A stretch of DNA of 64,000 bases from the sequence record NC_047754.1; one strand, written 5' to 3'. The notes under the pieces are model-generated. The model ran no database searches. It was not told the DNA's origin and was given only the letters and a program-made list of their open reading frames with translations. This DNA is from Escherichia phage phiAPCEc03. The translations under genes were made by a program, and so were the position numbers. This document shows, piece after piece, positions 19,247 through 29,093 of this stretch (positions are counted from its first letter, which is position 1; every line of letters starts with the position of its first letter).

Positions 19247-20989
19247 ATGACTACTTATACTAATATCCCCCAGGATATTACAAAACTTAAAGACGAAAAG
19301 ATGGATAAAAACAACAATTTATCCGATCTTGCAGACCGTGCAGCAGCATGGTTAAATGTGCGTCCTATTGGGTCCACCCCTCTTGCGGGGGATCCTGTTG
19401 GGGACTATGATGCCGCAACTAAACGTTGGGTAGAGAATAAGATTAACACCGGTACAGTCGGTCCCACTATGAATGGTGTTATGAATTACGGTGTTGGTGA
19501 TTTCCACCTTCGAGATAGTCGTGCGTATATCCAGCCGTACGAGGTGGTTTCTGATGGTCAGCTTCTTAACAGGGCTGACTGGCCGGAGCTTTGGGCATAC
19601 GCTCAAAGGGTTGGTGTTATAGAGGATTCGGTATGGTTAGCTTATAAATTCCAGCGTGGAAAATACTCTAATGGTGACGGAGCAACAACTTTTCGTGTTC
19701 CAGATAAGAATGGGGTGCAGGAGGGATCAATACGTGCTCTTTATGGCCGTGGAGATGGCGGGAATAGTGGTGCAAATGGGCAACTGTTCGAATCCGCTGC
19801 GCCTAATATTACAGGCTTTTTCACCACATATTCCGCTCAAACTTACGGCCAGGTATTAGGTATGACAGGTGGTTCTTTTACCACAAGTAATAAAATATTT
19901 CCGGAAGGAAAAGGAGACGGTATACCCCCAGGCACAGCGCCGCTCGCTGGGCGTTATAATACCTGCGACTTCAATGCCTCAATGTCAAGTCCGATTTACG
20001 GGGCATCAACTGATGAGATTCTTACACGAAACTTTGTCGGCGTGTGGGTAATACGGGCGTCCGGTGGTTTCGTTGCGGCAAATACATCATGGAGTGTAAT
20101 AAACGCTGATGCTGCCAAACCTCCTACTGGTACAGTTGTAAGGGGTGGTAGTGTGAAGTCAGAATACAAGATTGGCACAACTACTACGCATCAAGCATAT
20201 CTGCAATCTTACGGAAAGATTGATGGATTGACGTCTGAACAAGGTGCAGTTATATCAAACGGGGTTCAAGAGTGGTCATTTAATCAAGCTGGGACTTTGT
20301 ACTTCCCAAGCGCAGAAACTCAAATTGGCACGCTAAGGTCTGATGGCGCGCTACAGGTTAACGCATACGTACGAGCAAAAGACTTCGTTGCACAGCCATT
20401 AAACTCTGTTGGAGTTGCCGCTATAGAAAGAAACGCCATCAGAATGATTAACTACGCGAATGTGTCAGAAGGGTATTATGTAAACACTATAAGCGGCGAT
20501 TGGTACGATGGAAGCTGGATATTTGGTGGTATTCGCTCCGGTAATAGGTTGTTAGATAGGGTACAGCTTAATGTCTATAACGGAATCGGAGGAGCTGCAT
20601 CTTATATTTTTGGGACGGATGGTATAGCAAAAGGTCAAGAATGGAGAAACTTATCCGACAAACGCATTAAAAGTAATATTGAGCGTATAAACGATCCACT
20701 ATCTAAGATGCGAAACATTAAAGGGGTTAAATGGGTACTAGAAACAAACGGCTCAGTTGGGTATGGATTTATTGCTCAGGATGTAGAGAAAGACTTTCCT
20801 GAAGCAGTATCTGAAACTCAGTCATCACCTGTTACTCTGCGCGACGGTTCGACGTTGGATAACATAAAATCTGTTAATATGCCAGGTGTAGCAGCTGCAC
20901 TGCACCACGAGGCGATACTTGCTTTGATGGAAAAGGTGGAGAACCTAGAAGCAGAATTAGCTGCATTAAAAGAAGCGAATGGTTCCTAA
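19247..20989 (+). CDS. Tail fibre protein B with C-terminal intramolecular chaperone (peptidase S74-like) domain
   Basis: 580 aa; C-terminus NLSDKRIKSNIERINDPLSKMRNIKGVKWVLETNGSVGYGFIAQDVEKDFPEAV...LEAELAALKEA is typical of self-cleaving fibre chaperone domains; SD GAGGTGA. Confidence 0.75.
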   Translation: MTTYTNIPQDITKLKDEKMDKNNNLSDLADRAAAWLNVRPIGSTPLAGDPVGDYDAATKRWVENKINTGTVGPTMNGVMNYGVGDFHLRDSRAYIQPYEVVSDGQLLNRADWPELWAYAQRVGVIEDSVWLAYKFQRGKYSNGDGATTFRVPDKNGVQEGSIRALYGRGDGGNSGANGQLFESAAPNITGFFTTYSAQTYGQVLGMTGGSFTTSNKIFPEGKGDGIPPGTAPLAGRYNTCDFNASMSSPIYGASTDEILTRNFVGVWVIRASGGFVAANTSWSVINADAAKPPTGTVVRGGSVKSEYKIGTTTTHQAYLQSYGKIDGLTSEQGAVISNGVQEWSFNQAGTLYFPSAETQIGTLRSDGALQVNAYVRAKDFVAQPLNSVGVAAIERNAIRMINYANVSEGYYVNTISGDWYDGSWIFGGIRSGNRLLDRVQLNVYNGIGGAASYIFGTDGIAKGQEWRNLSDKRIKSNIERINDPLSKMRNIKGVKWVLETNGSVGYGFIAQDVEKDFPEAVSETQSSPVTLRDGSTLDNIKSVNMPGVAAALHHEAILALMEKVENLEAELAALKEANGS

Positions 20990-21070
20990 CAAATTTGAGC
21001 AAGAATTAATCGAACTGAAAAACTTGTGAACCAGCTCAATAATCCAGATAGATAATTATATACGCATAGT

Positions 21071-21110
21071 AAAAAGAAACCCCAGTGGACAAAATCCGCT
21101 GGGGTTTTTA
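21071..21110. terminator. Bidirectional terminator between convergent late (+) and early (-) modules
   Basis: Hairpin CCCCAG-N13-CTGGGG flanked by an A-run (21071-21079) and a T-run (21105-21109). Confidence 0.75.
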
Positions 21111-21112
21111 TA

Positions 21113-21376
21113 TTACTTGCTTCTACAACCTTCTATAATACCAAGATTATAGATAGTTAATAGTATTTTTAAATGCTCATTATCAGTATTAGTACAAAAT
21201 TCTACAAAACCTTCAGGATCCCAGAAAGTAACATTACCTTCTTTATCTGTTTTTAGCACAAACGTTTCTGGTTTAGTAGTTTTAATCTGATAAGCTGACA
21301 TACTAGTATCAATACCTACCATATTAGGATCACTAAAATTATTTGCTTCCTGAGCTTCCAAACCCGCCTTCCCCAC
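21113..21376 (-). CDS. Hypothetical protein (true start probably internal, near 21322)
   Basis: 87 aa ORF; 5' end overlaps dUTPase 3' end by 38 nt. Confidence 0.4.
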   Translation of the reverse strand: MGKAGLEAQEANNFSDPNMVGIDTSMSAYQIKTTKPETFVLKTDKEGNVTFWDPEGFVEFCTNTDNEHLKILLTIYNLGIIEGCRSK

Positions 21377-21785
21377 GATCAGTTTCCCCTAGTTCATCAA
21401 CAATTTCAAAATTATGTGTTGAGTAGTGTGGTACTACTACCAACTGGCAAAGTCTTTCAAAATTTTCCAGAGTTTGAATTTCAGAACCGTAGTTATAAAG
21501 GTTCATCTTAATAGTTCCACGATAGTCTGAGTCGATCACTCCTGCGGTATTTGCGATCATCAGATGACGCTTACCTAAAGAGCTGCGAGGAACTACCAAA
21601 CCGAACCAACCTCGCGGAATTTCCACCGCGACACCGGTGTCAATCATTAGGGATTTGCCTGGTGCAATAGCGCGTAAATCTGCAGCAGGGTTAGTACCAA
21701 AGAATGCTCGCAGGTCCATACCTGCGGCATCTTTGGAACCAATCTTAGGCATACAATCTGGATGAGTTAATTTAATTTTAATCAT
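21339..21785 (-). CDS. dut: dUTP diphosphatase
   Basis: 148 aa; motifs AGMDLRA, RSSLG, GVIDSDYRG, RGEGGFGSSG. Confidence 0.9.
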   Translation of the reverse strand: MIKIKLTHPDCMPKIGSKDAAGMDLRAFFGTNPAADLRAIAPGKSLMIDTGVAVEIPRGWFGLVVPRSSLGKRHLMIANTAGVIDSDYRGTIKMNLYNYGSEIQTLENFERLCQLVVVPHYSTHNFEIVDELGETDRGEGGFGSSGSK

Positions 21786-22657
21786 TGTTCTGCAATCTCC
21801 AAAATATCTTTTGTAAACTTATCTAATACATCTTGACCTACAGCAGCAATAGCATCCACACAGTAGGTAGGTAAATCAACCAGAATTAGGTTTCGATAAA
21901 GCAATTCTTCCGAAGCGTTTAAATTCTGTATATATTTCTGTTTTCCAGGTAGTGGAAGCTGATCAATAATATCCAGAACATTACCAAATTCACGAATAAT
22001 GTTATATCCTCGTTTCGCTCCAATACCTTCAACGCCACGGATATTATCCCCTAAATCACCCATAATTGCTTTCAGAGAGATAAACTGCTCTACATCGTCA
22101 ACATTATGGTGCTCATACATATCACGAAGATGATATTCACGACGTGTTGTGAAAGAGAAGCGAGAAACTTTATCAGTTAATAAAGTATCCCAGTCACCGT
22201 CAGTAGAAATCAACCAAACGTGGTCATATAGATGCCCGATGAGCTTAACAATATAAGCTGCCATATCATCTGCTTCTACACCACGAATAGTGAAAGTTGG
22301 AAATGTAGTTTCGCATAACTCGAAAGCATCTCTCAGATATTCGAAGAATTGTTCATCTAATGCTTTCTCCTCTTCCGTACGCTGTGAGTATTTCTCATCT
22401 CGATTCCCTTTATACTCGGGGAGATGCTCTAAGCGGAATGCAGACTTCCCTTTATCTCCTAAAACTATTGTAGTTCTAGCGGAATAAGATTTTGCTAGAG
22501 ACTGAATAGTGGAAACATAACTTGAGGCAAAGGGTTTTTTACTGTTATTATGTTTGAAGCGAAAGCCTAAGTTAGTTCCATCGACAATCATTAGGTTACG
22601 ACGGGAAGCCATTTCAGCTTCCTCTTCTTCAATAAATTTTCCCCAGGATTTACTCAT
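21782..22657 (-). CDS. Flap endonuclease / 5'-3' exonuclease (T5 D15-like)
   Basis: 291 aa, matching T5 D15 size as recalled; N-terminus LMIVDGTNLGFRFKH and acidic clusters typical of FEN family; start overlaps next stop (ATGA). Confidence 0.85.
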   Translation of the reverse strand: MSKSWGKFIEEEEAEMASRRNLMIVDGTNLGFRFKHNNSKKPFASSYVSTIQSLAKSYSARTTIVLGDKGKSAFRLEHLPEYKGNRDEKYSQRTEEEKALDEQFFEYLRDAFELCETTFPTFTIRGVEADDMAAYIVKLIGHLYDHVWLISTDGDWDTLLTDKVSRFSFTTRREYHLRDMYEHHNVDDVEQFISLKAIMGDLGDNIRGVEGIGAKRGYNIIREFGNVLDIIDQLPLPGKQKYIQNLNASEELLYRNLILVDLPTYCVDAIAAVGQDVLDKFTKDILEIAEQ

Positions 22658-23139
22658 TATTTAATTAAGTCCTCAACAGATGCATGATGTAGCCACGGCT
22701 CAAATAAACCAATTACGATTTCCATGTCTTTCTTATTTAACACCATATGGGTACGACTCATTAAGTTGTCAACCATCGGGTCTGAGCTATCCAAAGCTAT
22801 TAACCACTGTCCTCTGTCTTTTTTGAATATTAATGCAGGTTTGGAGTTCATCTGCTCACCTTCACGTGAGCACTGCTGCCACCACTTCTCTAGAGTGGAT
22901 TCACCAACATTAAATAAATTACTTGATATATTATCATCTTTATACCACTTAACTTCGAAGCAGTATTTACTAATGTGTCCGCTTTGTGGTGGAAGGTAGA
23001 TGTCACCTTTCAGTCCGTGGCTCTGGCCAAAAGCACCAGAGCCAGGAACACGTTCCCACTCAAGACCTGTACGCTCACGTAGAATATCTCTTACCTGATA
23101 TTCACCACGTTTACCTTTCTCTCTACTATCTACAGCCAT
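22657..23139 (-). CDS. Putative nuclease (T5 D14 position), function uncertain
   Basis: 160 aa; N-terminus REKGKRGEYQVRDILRERTGLEWERVPGSG; placement between FEN and SbcC-like genes. Confidence 0.4.
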   Translation of the reverse strand: MAVDSREKGKRGEYQVRDILRERTGLEWERVPGSGAFGQSHGLKGDIYLPPQSGHISKYCFEVKWYKDDNISSNLFNVGESTLEKWWQQCSREGEQMNSKPALIFKKDRGQWLIALDSSDPMVDNLMSRTHMVLNKKDMEIVIGLFEPWLHHASVEDLIK

Positions 23140-23142
23140 GTT

Positions 23143-24981
23143 TTATTCTAAGTAGGAAAATCCTTCTGCATCTTTTTTGACAGTAATCTTATGAGCTAAT
23201 GGATGCGTATGCCCATGAGAAACAATGATAGAATTTAGACTTTCTTCCCCATTTAATAGTTCAACGAGAGTATCAAGTCCTTTCGTATCAATAAAGCTAA
23301 TTACTTCATCAAGGAATAGAAGATTAATATTAACTTTACTAATAGATGTTAACAGCATCCGAATAGCTAACAGGGTTGCTAGATTAATTCGACTTTGCTG
23401 ACCAGTAGAGCAGTTCTCCATACTGGTACGATTTCCATCATTGAAGATTACTACTTGTAATTTTGTTTCATCAAGTTCAAATCCAAGTGCGAATTTACCT
23501 CCAGTCATAATAGAAAGGTATTTATTAATTAATTCTTCGAATACTTTCACACTATGCTCTAGTTTATATCCTACTAGATTCTTCAATGCAGCAATCAGAA
23601 TATCGAGATCAGCAACAGCTTCAGATACTCCATCCAGTTTGGAAGTAATCTCAGTCATTTCTGCTTCTGCTTTCTCAATCTGTTCTAACTTTGCTTTATA
23701 TTTTGCATTGGCTAATTCGACATTTGCATTATGCTCTTTGGCAATTGCAACCTTAGAGCGGCCATCAGCGATTTCCTGTTCTAATTGTCGGATTTGCACC
23801 TGTAGGATTTGCACATTGAGTTCTTCAAAAGAAGCATCACTCATTGAATTTTTGAACTCGTCTCTAGCTACCACTGCTTTATCCAAAGCATCCTTTGCTT
23901 TAGTATACGCAACGTACTCAAGTTGTTCTTTCTTCAACTGTTCTAGCTTAGCTTCAAGAGATTGCTTCTCTTTGAACAGAGGATCATATTCTATTCTAGC
24001 CATATCCATTGCTTTTTGAGCAGCAGTTGTATCCAGATGAGTACCACAAGTAGGGCATTCAGTATTTGAAGCCTCTTGCTTAAACTTCTGATAACGTTTC
24101 TTAACTTCGCTCGCACGTGAGGTCACAATCGTTAGGTCACGCGTAACACTCGAGATCTCTTCATTTTGGTCGGTGGGCGCGGGCAGATTTTTGAAAGGTT
24201 CGAAAGATTGTTCGGCAACTTGTACAGCTTTGTCCAAATTACGCAACTTAGTAATATTAGCCTCTTGAGACTTGGCTAATGCCGCCTTAATTTTCGATTC
24301 AGTAAGTTCTTGTGCTAATGGCTCTTCATCAAACTCCGGTACTTCTACAGGTTCCTGTAAACTCCCGAGATTATCTTTACTATTTAGAATCTTCGTAATT
24401 ACAGCCATTTGGCCCTGCAGATTACTTAATGTAGCTGCCACTTCTTTACGATCAGCTTTGATAGTCTCAGACATTTCTTTGTATTGTTCTTGATTGAATA
24501 AGTTAACAAGAAAAGCCTTACGTGTTGCATCTGTTGCTTTTAGAAAATCTAGGTTGGAACCCACTGATTGATAAATCAGTTTGGTGAATGTTTGAAAGTC
24601 ACCACCCATAATCTCTTCAATCATCTTGTATGTTTGGGTTGCCGTGTGTCCACTAATATCTTCCCCGTTCTTAATCAACGTTACTTTAGCAGTTGACTTG
24701 ACAACTTTATGCAGCTCATACTCATCATCGTCTTTTGAAAAGTAAGCGTGCATATCATATTCTTTCTTGGGGGCATTCCAAGAGAACAATGCATCCTTCT
24801 TGATACCTCGAGAGTTCTTGTTATAAAACAATTCCTCGATAACCGTAGCGATGGTGGATTTCCCTAGCCCATTGCCACCAATTAGTTGAGTAACTGGATT
24901 CTTATCGAAATGAATTACGATGTCCTTACCGTAAGACATAACGTTACTAAATTTTAGTGTCTTAATTGTAATCTTTGACAT
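23143..24981 (-). CDS. SbcC/Rad50-like recombination ATPase (T5 D13-like)
   Basis: Walker A GGNGLGKST near N-terminus, long central coiled coil with CPTC hook-like motif, C-terminal LLFLDEV; start set at internal ATG (MSKITIK) to avoid 100-nt overlap with upstream gene. Confidence 0.8.
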   Translation of the reverse strand: MSKITIKTLKFSNVMSYGKDIVIHFDKNPVTQLIGGNGLGKSTIATVIEELFYNKNSRGIKKDALFSWNAPKKEYDMHAYFSKDDDEYELHKVVKSTAKVTLIKNGEDISGHTATQTYKMIEEIMGGDFQTFTKLIYQSVGSNLDFLKATDATRKAFLVNLFNQEQYKEMSETIKADRKEVAATLSNLQGQMAVITKILNSKDNLGSLQEPVEVPEFDEEPLAQELTESKIKAALAKSQEANITKLRNLDKAVQVAEQSFEPFKNLPAPTDQNEEISSVTRDLTIVTSRASEVKKRYQKFKQEASNTECPTCGTHLDTTAAQKAMDMARIEYDPLFKEKQSLEAKLEQLKKEQLEYVAYTKAKDALDKAVVARDEFKNSMSDASFEELNVQILQVQIRQLEQEIADGRSKVAIAKEHNANVELANAKYKAKLEQIEKAEAEMTEITSKLDGVSEAVADLDILIAALKNLVGYKLEHSVKVFEELINKYLSIMTGGKFALGFELDETKLQVVIFNDGNRTSMENCSTGQQSRINLATLLAIRMLLTSISKVNINLLFLDEVISFIDTKGLDTLVELLNGEESLNSIIVSHGHTHPLAHKITVKKDAEGFSYLE

Positions 24982-25939
24982 ATTTCGCAGCTCTAGCCAA
25001 GATTCTATCAATGTCGCCTTGAGATAGCTTCTCGACTTCACGGAAGTAAAGTTCAAGTTCACCTAACATATCAAGATCGACAAGATTTAACTTAGCATCT
25101 TTAGTAACTCGATGGTTAATCTTCTTATCTAATAAATCAGAGTCTTTGATAGACTTTAATTGAACAACGTCACCAGTAACTTCGTAGACTACACGATCAT
25201 AATCACTAGGTTCCATCTCTTCACCAGCTCCGATTGTTTTACGAATCAGTTGTGGTAAATCACCTAGTTCAATCCATTCTACTTTTAATGTGTCGGTATC
25301 AATGATAAAGCAACCATTTGTACCTTTTGTGCGTTCTCTATGGAACGATGTGGTTAATGGAGACCCTGGGTAGAGAAGTCTAGTAGATCCAATAGTCTGG
25401 CTATTAGTATAAGAATGTAAATCGCCAGCAATTACAGTATCATAACAGTTGTACTTAGTTAGATCAATTTCTGGTTTTACATGTGGAGGGATTTCACCAC
25501 GAACATGCGTGAAACATAGTTTTGATTCAGCAGGTTTCCACTTGGGTTTATGAATCTCATCATAGGGGACAATATCAAATTCTGGGGAACGATATGGTTT
25601 GGTAATTACTTCCCACTTCCCACTAGTTACTTTATTAATAACTCCCGCATAATGGTATAGACATGAAATGGTTTTAGTTAACATTTCATGATTTCCAGTA
25701 AAGATTTTGCCTGGATGGTCAAGTCTTGACATAAACTGTTCAAGCAGTTCTATTTCTTCTGATGACGGGTCGGCAACATCAAGTATATCACCGCCAGCAA
25801 TATGAAGATCACAGTTATGATTATGGAATATATCATTTAACCGTTCTCCTAGCATCAGGAAGCGACGCTTCTGCCATTCCTTTGGAACTTTATCCTGTCC
25901 TAGTTTGATATGATGATCAGCACTAAATAATATTCTCAT
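24962..25939 (-). CDS. SbcD/Mre11-like nuclease (T5 D12-like)
   Basis: 325 aa; phosphoesterase motifs ILFSADHH, GGDILD, GNHE. Confidence 0.85.
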   Translation of the reverse strand: MRILFSADHHIKLGQDKVPKEWQKRRFLMLGERLNDIFHNHNCDLHIAGGDILDVADPSSEEIELLEQFMSRLDHPGKIFTGNHEMLTKTISCLYHYAGVINKVTSGKWEVITKPYRSPEFDIVPYDEIHKPKWKPAESKLCFTHVRGEIPPHVKPEIDLTKYNCYDTVIAGDLHSYTNSQTIGSTRLLYPGSPLTTSFHRERTKGTNGCFIIDTDTLKVEWIELGDLPQLIRKTIGAGEEMEPSDYDRVVYEVTGDVVQLKSIKDSDLLDKKINHRVTKDAKLNLVDLDMLGELELYFREVEKLSQGDIDRILARAAKYVKDYN

Positions 25940-25975
25940 TGGTTAAAAAGAAAGGGGCCGAAGCCCCTCTATTTA
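25940..25975 (-). terminator. Rho-independent terminator (- strand)
   Basis: Hairpin AGGGGC-TTCG-GCCCCT with T-run on - strand, downstream of 25976..26749. Confidence 0.7.
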
Positions 25976-26749
25976 TTAGTCATCCAGATCGCTTGCAGCT
26001 TCGTGGTCAATACCTTTCTGGGAACCAGCATTGCTGTTACCAGATTTGGCATCATCATCTTTATTCTCACGACCTTCCATGAAGGCTTGAATTGCTTCTT
26101 TCTGCTCTTCATAGGTAGGAACCGGATAGGTTTGTTCCAGAGAAGGAACTTTTTCGAACTTAATGATGTCGCCATCTTCGTCACACATAGCTTCACCAAT
26201 CAGATCTACATCCGCAGCATATTGCTTAGATTCTGCACTGTTAGGATCTTGCAGCTTAATCTGGAACTGCATAGCAGCAATCTGCTGTACATCATACTCA
26301 GTATCGAAACCTTTGCCTTTTTTCTCGATAGAAATATCAATATCAAACGGAGTTGCCAGATTCAACTGCTTCATGATAGACTGGATGCCTTTCAGAATAG
26401 TAGCTTTGACTTCCATTACTTTCAGTTTGTTATCGGAACGGTCGATAACAAAAGCGATATAGTTTTTCTTCGGTTTCAGCGGAACACGATTGCCATCTTT
26501 ATCCAGCTCTTTCTCAAAGAAGCCCATCTCATGAACCGGGTCAGCTTTACCACGAACAAAGCTCTCTTTGTCGCGGTTAAAACGGAGACATTCGAAAGGA
26601 GCTACGCTACCCTCTTTATTAGTCAGCCAATAGACATAACGTGGAAGAACACCAGAAACGATACGAACACGGGTGATACCGTTGTTGAACTTCAGGAATT
26701 CGATTTTATCGTTAGAACCGCCAGTAGTTTCGCCCCAAGACTTAGCCAT
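25976..26749 (-). CDS. Hypothetical replication-associated protein, possible ssDNA-binding protein (T5 D11 position)
   Basis: 257 aa with acidic C-terminal tail (...HEAASDLDD); SSB function is inferred only from the tail and gene context. Confidence 0.35.
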   Translation of the reverse strand: MAKSWGETTGGSNDKIEFLKFNNGITRVRIVSGVLPRYVYWLTNKEGSVAPFECLRFNRDKESFVRGKADPVHEMGFFEKELDKDGNRVPLKPKKNYIAFVIDRSDNKLKVMEVKATILKGIQSIMKQLNLATPFDIDISIEKKGKGFDTEYDVQQIAAMQFQIKLQDPNSAESKQYAADVDLIGEAMCDEDGDIIKFEKVPSLEQTYPVPTYEEQKEAIQAFMEGRENKDDDAKSGNSNAGSQKGIDHEAASDLDD

Positions 26750-27026
26750 ATTTTATTTCCTCTTTAAAGATTAATTTCGATTTGTTAATTGCGATTAGTG
26801 GGTTAGTGTCGATTACTAAACGTGGTATCCATACTGGAACATATTGTATGTCCAAACTAGGATCGTTTGTAAACTTGTATTCGGCATAATTTCGTAGACT
26901 TAAAATTCCTAGATATTCTGCCAGTTGTCTATTAGACAATTTATTTGGATTATCAACTATTGTTGATTCGTTCAAAATGAATGAGGAACCGACCAATAAT
27001 TGGTGAGCATCAGGCTCTGTAAGCAT
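26742..27026 (-). CDS. Hypothetical protein (weak; no SD)
   Basis: 94 aa ORF downstream of tandem promoters; no recognisable SD. Confidence 0.25.
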   Translation of the reverse strand: MLTEPDAHQLLVGSSFILNESTIVDNPNKLSNRQLAEYLGILSLRNYAEYKFTNDPSLDIQYVPVWIPRLVIDTNPLIAINKSKLIFKEEIKYG

Positions 27027-27134
27027 TCTTTTGAATAGCTTAATAATTAGGTCGGAATTTCCTCTAGCTAGTAAGTATAGCTTTTCATAATCGAAGAATT
27101 TAATTTTTGTTTTCTCCTCGAATTTATGTATATA

Positions 27135-27163
27135 TTATACTAGATTTCGAGAGAATTTAGCAA
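27135..27163 (-). promoter_or_regulatory. T5-type early promoter (- strand)
   Basis: Complement of TATAAT at 27135-27140, 17-bp spacer, complement of TTGCTA at 27158-27163. Confidence 0.65.
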
Positions 27164-27234
27164 CTAAAAGTTTTATTTTTCTGCTTCGGACTTTCTTATC
27201 AACCCGAAACTTTCTCTCTCAAATTTATGTATAT

Positions 27235-27263
27235 ATTATACATCATTTATGAGCTGTTGCCAA
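27235..27263 (-). promoter_or_regulatory. T5-type early promoter (- strand), tandem copy 100 bp upstream
   Basis: Complement of TATAAT at 27235-27240, 17-bp spacer, complement of TTGGCA at 27258-27263; shares the CTCTCAAATTTATGTATATATTATAC block. Confidence 0.55.
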
Positions 27264-28599
27264 ATGCAATTTTAGCTAATTGAACTGCTTTCTCCGGAGT
27301 CATAGTAATAGTTTTCCACCCGTTGTTACGATATACTGTCATACGTCCAGAAGCCTGTCTTAGCCCAGTGCCACCTTTCATAATTAGATCTACAACGATT
27401 GGGTCGAGTTTACCCTCGACAATACGTTGAACACGGCCTGCAAGCTGTTCAATTAGAGATTCATTATTAATGAGGCTTCCCATTATTAAACAAGACAGCT
27501 CGTTAAGTGAAATACCTTCAGAGAAGATGCTTTGAGCTGCTGCAAGCACACACGGCCCGCCTTTTGCTATATCTTCCTGAATTTTTAATCGGTCATCTAA
27601 GTGGGTTGCTCCTATAATTTCATAGGTTGTAACACCACGCTGTGTAAGAGCTTCTAGTATTGTTTGTATTAACTCTGTTCTATCACTTACAATGAGTACT
27701 TTATGTCCCATATTCGCATATAAATGTGCTAGGTTTATAATAGTCTCTCGGTATTCAGGATGGTTATACACATCGTTAGCACGTAATGCCCACGGTACGT
27801 TTTGGTTTCCTGATAGCTCAACAGGCACGGAATACCTATGTATTGTAGGAGCAACAGTATTATTAACCGGCGGGCTAAATATCTTATATCCAAAGAAATC
27901 TTTGAACATAAATTGTAAACCATCTTTTCGTTTTAATGTACCGGATAGTCCAATTTTATAGCGAGCACATGATATTTCTAGGAAATTAGTGAAAGTTGTA
28001 GCTACACAATGGTGAACTTCATCAACTATAACAGTACCGAATACTTTAGAAAGATTATTCGCATGTTTATTCACTGTTTGAATATTACTGACTACAATTG
28101 GTGGATCAATATTGTATTTCCCAGAACCTATAATGCCCGGTTCAAACCCAAACCATTTACGAACTTCTGCCGCCCACATTTCACGAATGGATGTATTCGT
28201 ACAGATTACCAAAGTTTTCTGGCCAAATTTATATGCAAGTGCAAGGGCTAGGATAGTTTTACCAAACCCAGGCTTACCATTAATAATACAGGTATCATCG
28301 CACTCTTCATATATTGGAAGCTGATCTTCTTCACGCAGTTTAAACGACGGTTTTGGTATATCTACCGGAGCTAATGTGCGTTTATCAACTAATTCGTATT
28401 TTATTCCTTTAGCATCTAGTAAGTCCAGACGCGTAATAGGAATCCACTTAATCTCTTTGGCAACAACACCACTATTCTTATACATAATAGGGTATTTACT
28501 AGTCATTGTCTCTATGTGATAAGTGGTTTGCTTACTACAATAGTCCCAAAGTTCATCATCGGGCTTGAAATAGGCTTTATTAGATATAACAACCTTCAT
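27247..28599 (-). CDS. SF2 DNA helicase (T5 D10-like)
   Basis: 450 aa; Walker A GKPGFGKT, motif II DEVHH, SGT motif. Confidence 0.8.
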   Translation of the reverse strand: MKVVISNKAYFKPDDELWDYCSKQTTYHIETMTSKYPIMYKNSGVVAKEIKWIPITRLDLLDAKGIKYELVDKRTLAPVDIPKPSFKLREEDQLPIYEECDDTCIINGKPGFGKTILALALAYKFGQKTLVICTNTSIREMWAAEVRKWFGFEPGIIGSGKYNIDPPIVVSNIQTVNKHANNLSKVFGTVIVDEVHHCVATTFTNFLEISCARYKIGLSGTLKRKDGLQFMFKDFFGYKIFSPPVNNTVAPTIHRYSVPVELSGNQNVPWALRANDVYNHPEYRETIINLAHLYANMGHKVLIVSDRTELIQTILEALTQRGVTTYEIIGATHLDDRLKIQEDIAKGGPCVLAAAQSIFSEGISLNELSCLIMGSLINNESLIEQLAGRVQRIVEGKLDPIVVDLIMKGGTGLRQASGRMTVYRNNGWKTITMTPEKAVQLAKIAFGNSS

Positions 28600-29093
28600 A
28601 ATTTTATTCTAAGTCTAGGAATTTCAGGCTCCTCTTGATGGACTTGATAAATAACAGGGCTATTATTTACCAGAATATAGCTTATATAAGCTGGAACGTA
28701 GGATAATACAAATGGATAAGGGACTTTAGCCACATAGCATTGGTATTTTCCATTATAAATTCTAGCTGAATGCAAAACTTTAGAGGTGACAACATCATAG
28801 AACGTAGTTTTCTTCCAATTAATAAGATTTCCATCAGAATCTATAAATTGGTTACGCTTTGACCCAACTAATTGAGACAACATTGATATTCTACCCCTAA
28901 TAGGATAGAGCTTGTATGGTAATTCTTTCCGTTTCTCAAATAGAATAAGCCTACGTTGAGAAAACGTGCCAGGCAACTTCCTGTTATCTAGCACATATTT
29001 ATTATATCTTGTTGTAATTACGGAATAATCACCTTCTTGCTCAATTGATACAAACGCCCGTAATGCATAGACGGGCAATTTGAAATTAAGCAC
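28596..29093 (-). CDS. Hypothetical protein between polymerase and helicase genes
   Basis: 165 aa ORF, no recognisable motifs. Confidence 0.4.
   Translation of the reverse strand: MLNFKLPVYALRAFVSIEQEGDYSVITTRYNKYVLDNRKLPGTFSQRRLILFEKRKELPYKLYPIRGRISMLSQLVGSKRNQFIDSDGNLINWKKTTFYDVVTSKVLHSARIYNGKYQCYVAKVPYPFVLSYVPAYISYILVNNSPVIYQVHQEEPEIPRLRIKL

Noticed and set aside
23441-24493. + strand ORFs (192 aa, 73 aa) opposite the SbcC-like gene
   Set aside because: Antisense to a gene with clear Walker A and coiled-coil features; Ser/Cys-rich low-complexity translation.
26003-26767. 254-aa + strand ORF opposite the 25976..26749 gene
   Set aside because: The - strand reading has the acidic C-tail and fits the - strand operon; the + strand reading is Phe/Ile-rich with no promoter or SD.
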